Shown: positions 56,727 to 64,000 of the stretch, in pieces
Layout of the letters: every line of letters begins with the position of its first letter
How positions within the stretch are numbered: position 1 is the stretch's first letter
NCBI RefSeq assembly: GCF_009914755.1
Contig: NC_060927.1
Reading direction: 5' to 3' (one strand)
Length of the DNA stretch: 64,000 bases
Source of the DNA: the human T2T-CHM13v2.0 reference genome, Homo sapiens
Notes under the pieces: model-generated
What the model was told of the DNA's origin: nothing
Databases searched by the model: none
What the model saw: the letters and a program-made list of their open reading frames with translations, nothing else
Translations under genes and position numbers: made by a program

Positions 56727-56904
56727 CAGAGTTGCCAGATAAAATCCAGAATGTCCAGTTAAATTTGGATTTCTGATACAGAATAATTGTTTACTATAAC
56801 TTTGTTCTAGATATTTCATGGGATAGCGAGACTAAAAAATATTCTTTATTCATCTGAAATTCAATTCAACTGGGCATTCTGTATTTGCTAAATCTAGCAA
56901 TGCT
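56727..56904. mobile_element. MER53 palindromic MITE
   Basis: AGAGTTGCCAGATAAAAT...CAGTTAAATTTGGATTTC...GAAATTCAATTCAACTGGG...ATCTAGCAA; self-complementary. Confidence 0.8.
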
Positions 56905-59699
56905 AGTTTGGTAGTAAAACATACTCCTTTGCCCTCTCATTCATTTTTTCACTCAGATAGATATTTGTGTATGCTTATAAAAATGCAGTGAACAACATCC
57001 TTGGGGCATAAGTATAGAAATAGTTTCATAAATTTGAAAAAAGATTTCTTAGTATCTCTGGTAAATCTACCTCCTAATTCCTTCTCCCTGTGTAAGCCAT
57101 GGGACCATCAAATTGAGATTATGTTGATACTTGAGTATATAGTATGATGTTGCTTGAAAATTCTGAAATGTTCTAGTGTTGCTTTTACCTAAAGGGAATG
57201 ATTAATGGTGACACATTAATGGGTATGCATTCCAGAGAATCCTGAAAGCTTTGTCATTTTTGAAGGAAATTACCTCATTACTTTTAGAGTCACCTATCCA
57301 GGGTAGGTTGGTCCCTGTGGTTGACCTGGTTTTCCAAGTAGGAAAATAAACACTTCAATGGTTAGGTTAATAACTTGGAGTGATTTTGTTGTACTTACAA
57401 TTCAAGTTAATTTTTAAGTAGGATTGGTCTTTAAGCTACTAGACTAGTTGGAGACTCTGAGAGAATTGCATTCTAAGAGTGAGATCCTTTCAATTCAATC
57501 AGCATTTACTGTGTATTGACTGTGCAAAAGCAACTGCATATGAAGAGAGAGGAATTTAAAGTGTTTTGAGTTCCTGCTCTCAAAAACCTTAGTGTTTAAT
57601 GGAGCACGAAAGCAAGAAGCAATTATGACAAAAGGCAAGATAAATAAGGTCAAAATTGAAGTCTAGTAAAGCTAGGTCCCAGGATGGTTGAATGTAGGAA
57701 GTGGTTAAATCTGGAGGCCAAGTAGAGTAGGAATGGCTTTTATTAGGACAGGTTTCTTTGAAGGTAATATGTGAGAGAACTATTCAAAGATAAGAATGAT
57801 TTCATTTGGGAAATGAAATGTTCTAGGTGTGGGCTTAGCATTAACAAGTATCCGAAGGTGGCCACATTTTGAAATGCACGTGTTACTTAGACATGACAAA
57901 AATATATACAGCACCACCGTAACTGACAGCAACCGCTTCTCTCATGTGTGACTGTTTATGATCTAGAATTTCCAGATCAGAAACTTGATTTTATGTAGGT
58001 GGACCTGGATTCATTCCATGTTGGTTTCCTAAGTATTTATTGTGCACCTGCTGTTGCTATGTATGAGACAGCCAGAGAGACTTGGGCAACATTTAGGAAT
58101 TCTTTTAGGTGGTCACTTAAACCAACTGAAAGTTACTCCGTTTAAACATGGGTTTTTTTTTTTTTCCTGAAATGAACACTTCCAGTGAGCTCTGATTTAA
58201 ATTGGGCAAAATCAACAGCAAAAGAATTCCATGAGAAGCATCTTGTCAGGCGCTCTGACTTTGAGTATTTGCTTAAATGACTTTACAAGCCAGCTTAACT
58301 CATTTCCTGTTGGATGACACTTGTTTATTAAACTTGGCCCAAGTCAGAGTTAATAGCCTTAATGGTTTTGAATGGTCCCAAGTGATTCTCCAGCAGTGTG
58401 TCATTAGTGAACGGGGAGGATTCTACAGATAGGATGCAACACACACATAGCTGCTTCAGCCATCATAGATTTAAGAGAATACCTATAGCCCTCTTAAATT
58501 TAGCTAAGGAAATTGAGAATACTGGAAAGTAAGTGTTACCATTGCAGTAAATGCTAAAATATTTTTCAACAGTTCTAGTAGTTTTCCTTTTTTGTTTTTT
58601 TGAAATACTTCCATGTGAAATTAATGCCATTTAAAAATGGCACCAGCATTCAGAACTTGAATCATCCCAAATTCTCTAGCAAATGAATTAAAATGTGACA
58701 TGGGGTTCATGTTGATTAACAGATGTGTGTAGAGAATTGGACTGGGTAGCCTGCCATCGCGATGCATGCTTGATGCATGAGAGGGATTGCTAAGATTGGG
58801 AATGGAAAACTTTTCTACTTTTCCATTTATGTGTGTGTTGGGCTATAAAGCTCTAAATTAGACTGGAAATTGGTGATGCATTTGGAGATCGTTGGTTTTT
58901 AATTTTCATCAATTAGGATTGATGTATGTCTTTTAAGTTTGGACAAGTTGTTCTTTGTGGATGATTTTGCTATTTCAGGTACTGGTGGGGTAAGAGTAGC
59001 CTGGATGCAAACCTTTATTGGGTTCTTAAACATGAAAGAGCATAAACTGCTTATGTTAGTTTGGGTCTGGTTGAATGTTATTAATTTTTTTTCCTTGATG
59101 GCCAGGCCAAATATTATGTAGTTTTAATATCTACCCTTGGTTCCTACTGCCTTATTTTTGGGCACTCTTAATATCTTCCTTTATATATCTGTCATTAAGT
59201 TATAATTGAAGCTTCATGTTTTATATTTAGAATGGTGCATGGAGGCTCAGCTGTGCCAGCCATTCAGGCCTAATGGCAAATGTTGGTTCATGCCAGAAAG
59301 TTTTTGGAGTCTAGTCTCTTTTTTGGGATGTCCAATCTAAGCAAACCATCCTTTTCTGTCTTAAGCTGAGGGGCACAGGGAAGCAATTTAGAAGTGATTT
59401 CCACTTCTGTGCATGTGACAGCATCTTGTTTCTGATAAAAATTATTTACTTGCTAGTTCACTCTTTAACCCAGAGAGTCATGCAGCCTTAAAAGGGATTG
59501 CTTTGACAAGTCTTTATGTCACTTCATTCCTTAGTTTACTGACTTCCATGCGGAGTATCAGTGAGTGTCAGTTAAAAGTGGGTACATAGTGATAGTAGAT
59601 GACACCCATGCCACCAGCTGCTTCCTATGGGCTGCCAGATGCTAGCAAACGTTTCACAGCTCTTGAATTCTCTGGATTTGGGCCACTCTTGAACTCTAT

Positions 59700-60302
59700 C
59701 CATCAATCCATACACCCACTTATTGAGCTAATATTTATTGAGGTTTTACTATGTTTCAGGAAGTTGTCTAGGTATGAGGAATACAGCAGGGCACCAAACT
59801 GTTGAAAATCTTTGTATTCATGGAACTTACATGGGCAAGCAGATGTAGAAATAAATATGTGAATGAGTAAAATGCATAATATGCTAAATGCTGGTAAGTG
59901 TTATAGAGAACGATAAAGCATGGCTGGGTTTGGGGTGACTTGTAATTTAAAACTGAGTGGACAAGGACTGCCTCACTGAGAAAATGACATTTGAGAAAAG
60001 ACCCAAAGAAGATGAGGGAGTCATGCCAGTATTTGGGGGCAAAGCACAGCAGACAGAAGGAAGAGTAAGTACATAGTATCTGGACAGGAGTGAGTCTACT
60101 TCAGTAACAGCATCATGGCCACAGCGGCTGGACCAGGCTGAGCAAAGTGGGGAGTTCCAGGAATGGCAGGAGGTGGGGTCAGTGAAGGAATGGGATTGGG
60201 GCAGAGGCAGACACTGTAAGGGTTTGCAAAGACTTTGCCTTTTACTCATTAAAAATTGGGAGCCGTTGCAGATTTCTAGCTAAAGGAGTAGCATGATCTG
60301 AT
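59700..60302. mobile_element. L2 fragment
   Basis: ATATTTATTGAG...CTCACTGAGAAAATGACATTTGAG...GCATGATCTGA, typical of L2 3' regions. Confidence 0.65.
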
Positions 60303-63034
60303 TAATTCAGGTAGCAGCCCAGTGTGGTGGGGGAAAACAGGGGTCTGTGAATTTGGAGATCATGTAAACCACGGTTTTGTCACTAGGTAGGGGCAAATAA
60401 ATTCAGCATCCTTAGCTTCAATTTTATTCCTTCTTATAAAACAATGCTTGTGGGTTGGATAGTTTTTCATGACCTTCCAGGTTTTGATACTGTTACCCTG
60501 GATTAGTTGCCTTCCTGTGAGTATTTCATGTGTATGGCTGATTACATTTCTCCTTGAGTATGCATAGCTGGACCACAGATTTGTAAATTATCTTTCTGTG
60601 CTTTATTTACTTAAAAAATTTTCCATAAACATCTCAAATTGAAAACTATGAAGCATTAATACTTCTATATATTGATGTTAAAGGTTGCTTGAAGGCTAAA
60701 TGGTAAGGGTAAACACAGATTATAAGCTTTATCACTAGCCTTAATACTATTTTTTGTTATAGAAAATAGAATTGATTTGTAGAGTATTGCACTGAGCTAT
60801 CAGTTGGGATACAGTGATAAATAAGACACAGCGTCTTAAGGAATTGAGTAGGAGGAGAGATTCCTGGATAAGACAGTAACTCATAAAGTGTTGTTAATGG
60901 AGGAGACAGTCCTGGTTAAGACAGTACCCTACAAAATGGTGTTAATGGCAGAAAAGAGGGCCAGAAGCCATGACTAGGTGCAGGCCCATGGGAGCACAGG
61001 CAGACTAATATTCAGGTATGTCTTCATACCAATATCCTTTAAAAATGTTTAATATTTTCAACAACCAGTTAGACCTAGTGCCACACATGCTAGGAGGTGC
61101 CAGAGGCCTGGCAGGCTTTCTTCTACAGCCCTGAGCAATTTGGCTCTGCCCCAAAGTTGCATCATGATGTTTGGCACACCAAGGTCTGGTAAGTAACTCT
61201 TATTAGAAGATGGTTTAGGGACCGTCTTTTATTATTCAAGAATGTCCTTTGGACATCTTAATCTTCTCCCTTCCACCAGAATATTTCTTCTACTTCCTGT
61301 GATGTTATAGTGCTCCTTCTAGACTGGTACCCCAGGTAGCAGGATGGCTAGTCAGTTTCTGTATTTCCTCTGTGGAGAAGTATTGCTTTAGTCTTACCTT
61401 GTCTTCAGGCCTCCAGTATGAACTCTGTTGGGAGTCACGTGGAGCCCTAGTCATTTTATCCACTGACGCAATGTATTCCTTGTGTTCTGTTAACTGGCTT
61501 CTTGGGCAGCCTAGGAGTATTCTAAGTTTCCAGGTCAAAGATTCTGGAAGCAACTTTCCAAGAGGTAGAAGGGCTGCCACTTTCCCAGACTTTCCCCTTC
61601 AACTGAGGCTCCCTGTGTATGTTGGGGTGTGGGGTGCTAGAGGCCTTGCTGCTGAGGAAAGTTGCCATGGTTACCAGCACCGTGGCTCTCGGAAGGAGGA
61701 GGCTAGCATGTTAGCACCTCAGCTGTCCTGTGGTAATGCTTAGGGGGCAAATGACCATACCAATGAGCACTGTTAGAGCTGGAGGGGAAACTGAGGTTCA
61801 GAAGTTGACGCTGGAAACAGGAACCAAGAGCCCTTGACTTTCACATTGCATTGCTTCCTTTCAGTTATTTTACACCTCAGGCCTTCACACACATTCTTCC
61901 TGCCATCTTGAACATTTTCCTGCCATTCTTCTGTTTTCTTTCTACTCATCCTTTAGTCTCCACTTAAAGGTTGCTTCCCAACCCACCTCCTTGCCCCTCA
62001 TCTGAATTAGGTTACCATGCTTTTCTTTTATGGTTTCCTAATCTTATCCTTCATGCTGTTTACATAATTATTCTATATGCATCCGTATGTTCAGTGTTTG
62101 TTTCCCTACTCCAAAGGGCCAAGGAGCACAGCTGTTTTGTTCTCCATTTTATTCTCAGAGGTTAAGCCAGGCTGTAACACAGATAGGCAGTGTATGACTC
62201 CATAAGTGAAAGGGTAAATGACTGGAAAGAAGACTGGTTTTCTCTCACCTATTTATGTGAAATGTCTCTGCCTGTCTCAGCTGAGGGTAACAACTGTTAT
62301 TGGTTTTGTGTATTATTGAGGATACAGAAGATGTGATTCTTGTCTCTAACATCACCAAGTCTGTGGCCTTCTGGAATTTTATTAAGGGTTGTCTCTGCAA
62401 AAACCAAAACCCAATGATACACACAAATCAGCATTCTTTAATTGGTATAGGCTTGACACGAGGGGCTGTGATTTGTCAATTTATTTTACAATATTTGCAT
62501 TTTTATTTCTTAATTCTGTTTCCAGAAATGAGCTTTAATGCCATTTGGATCCCCCATTCTTTTTATTAAAAATGAATAGAGAAAATACCACTTTTCATTA
62601 ATAGGATTCATAATCCTTTTTTGGAGGGATTTGTTTTGGCTTGTGTAATGGAACTTTTAAGAGGGTAGGCATAGAAAACTGACTGGGACTCTTTGTAGAA
62701 GAAAGAGCAGAGTTACCTACTGTGTGTAAAAAAGAAAAGCAGGAACAGTGGACTTTCTTTATTTCTAAAACTAAACTGCCCTAATTGTTCATATCAAAAG
62801 ATGGGCTTTTCCCAAGCTCGGTTGGCATTTTTAATTTACAGAGAAAGCGTGCATTGTTTTGCAGTGTGCATTGCGGTTACATTGGCTCCCAGAAGATTAG
62901 CTCAAAGGTATCTATGAATAGTCACACCCTAAATTATATGAACTGAAGAGTTTTAAAGAGGTGGAAAATCTGATGCATGCTATTTCCCAGACATTCATGC
63001 CTTAGGAAAATAACTAGGGAAGTGGGAGAGTGAA

Positions 63035-63490
63035 ACTTAGAAGTTGCTACTTTATATTCACCAATGTGGCACTTGTAAACTGTGTGACCCTGGGCCACTG
63101 AATTAACTTCTGTAAGCCTCAGAATTGTAAAGTGGAGATAAAAATACCAGCTACCTTCAGAATTATTGTGAGGATTTCATGAGATAATATATGAAAAGTG
63201 TCACAATGCCCAGCACATTATAAATGCCTTATAGGTAGGGGATAGTACACTACATAGGATAATAGTTAAGGGCACAGACTCTGGAGGGCCTGGCTTCTGA
63301 ATCCTGGACTTGCACTCAGGGGTGGGGCCATCTTGGGCTGGTTACTTGACATTTGCGTGTTTGAGTTTCCTCATATGCACAATGGAGATAGTAATAATAC
63401 CTGCTACATAGGGTTATTATGAAGATTAACTGAGTTAGTATGTGTCAAGTGTTGATAACAACTTGTGGTTCATGGTAAGTGCTATATATA
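63035..63490. mobile_element. Tandem MIR fragments
   Basis: Two MIR cores (TGTGTGACCCTGGGC...GTAAAGTGGAGATAA; AGTTTCCTCATATGCACAATGGAGATAGTAATA). Confidence 0.7.
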
Positions 63491-64000
63491 CGTTTGTTGC
63501 GATGAAGAAGTCTGGGTCTTGCAGACAGTTAGTCTGCAAGTTCTTGAACCAGACTTCATAATGTACCAAGTATGTTGAGCTTCAATTTTCTCTTTTTGTA
63601 ATATGCGGATGATTCTAGTTATAATGTCAATTTTTATGAGAAATCGGTGAGATAATGCATATGTAAAGTGCTCAGCATAGGATTTGGAACATGGAAAATA
63701 CTCACTACTCATAGCAAAGACTTTTCTTGTAATTGCTACTACCATTACTATGATTATTTCCATTATTTTTAGTCCTACTATGAATATGCCTCTGGCTTAT
63801 ATAGAACTTATATTCGAAGTGAATTCCACAAACACTCTGTGGAAATAAAAAGGATTAATATGTAGAAAATAATGTTGAGAGTAATGTTACTGTTGGTGTA
63901 TTTCTATAAATGGAGCTGTTTCAGCAAATTGAAAAATATCCAGTAAAAGTCTTATAATCATGCATTTGCAATTTTGCAGATCACAAAAGATCAGAGTTAG

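Overview
Primate (human or great-ape-like) genomic DNA covering the 5' end of MITF on the + strand. About 26 kb of repeat-rich upstream sequence precedes a CpG-island promoter with coding exon 1A (MQSESGIVPDFEVGEEFHEEPKTYYELKSQPLKS, 26496-26599). The rest is first-intron sequence, containing coding exon 1C (MGHLENTSVVFPRAIFSLCEKETRKLTLCLFSR, 50743-50843) and two candidate non-coding first exons (donors after 27139 and 50593). The shared downstream exons lie beyond the window. The remainder is mostly transposon fossils: 14 Alus (13 on the minus strand), a near full-length Hsmar2 mariner, a full MSTA-type MaLR, an L1PA 3' end, MER20/MER5/MER53/MER82, LTRs, MIR and L2. There are also a 7SL pseudogene and a U6 5' fragment. 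The most notable observation is that the promoter and candidate exon just upstream of exon 1C translate into a degenerate L2/CR1-type reverse-transcriptase segment that has kept its CpGs, suggesting an exapted ancient LINE. Two local templated duplications are also visible. Almost all supplied ORFs are spurious. Repeat subfamily names come from recalled consensus sequences, not from a database search.
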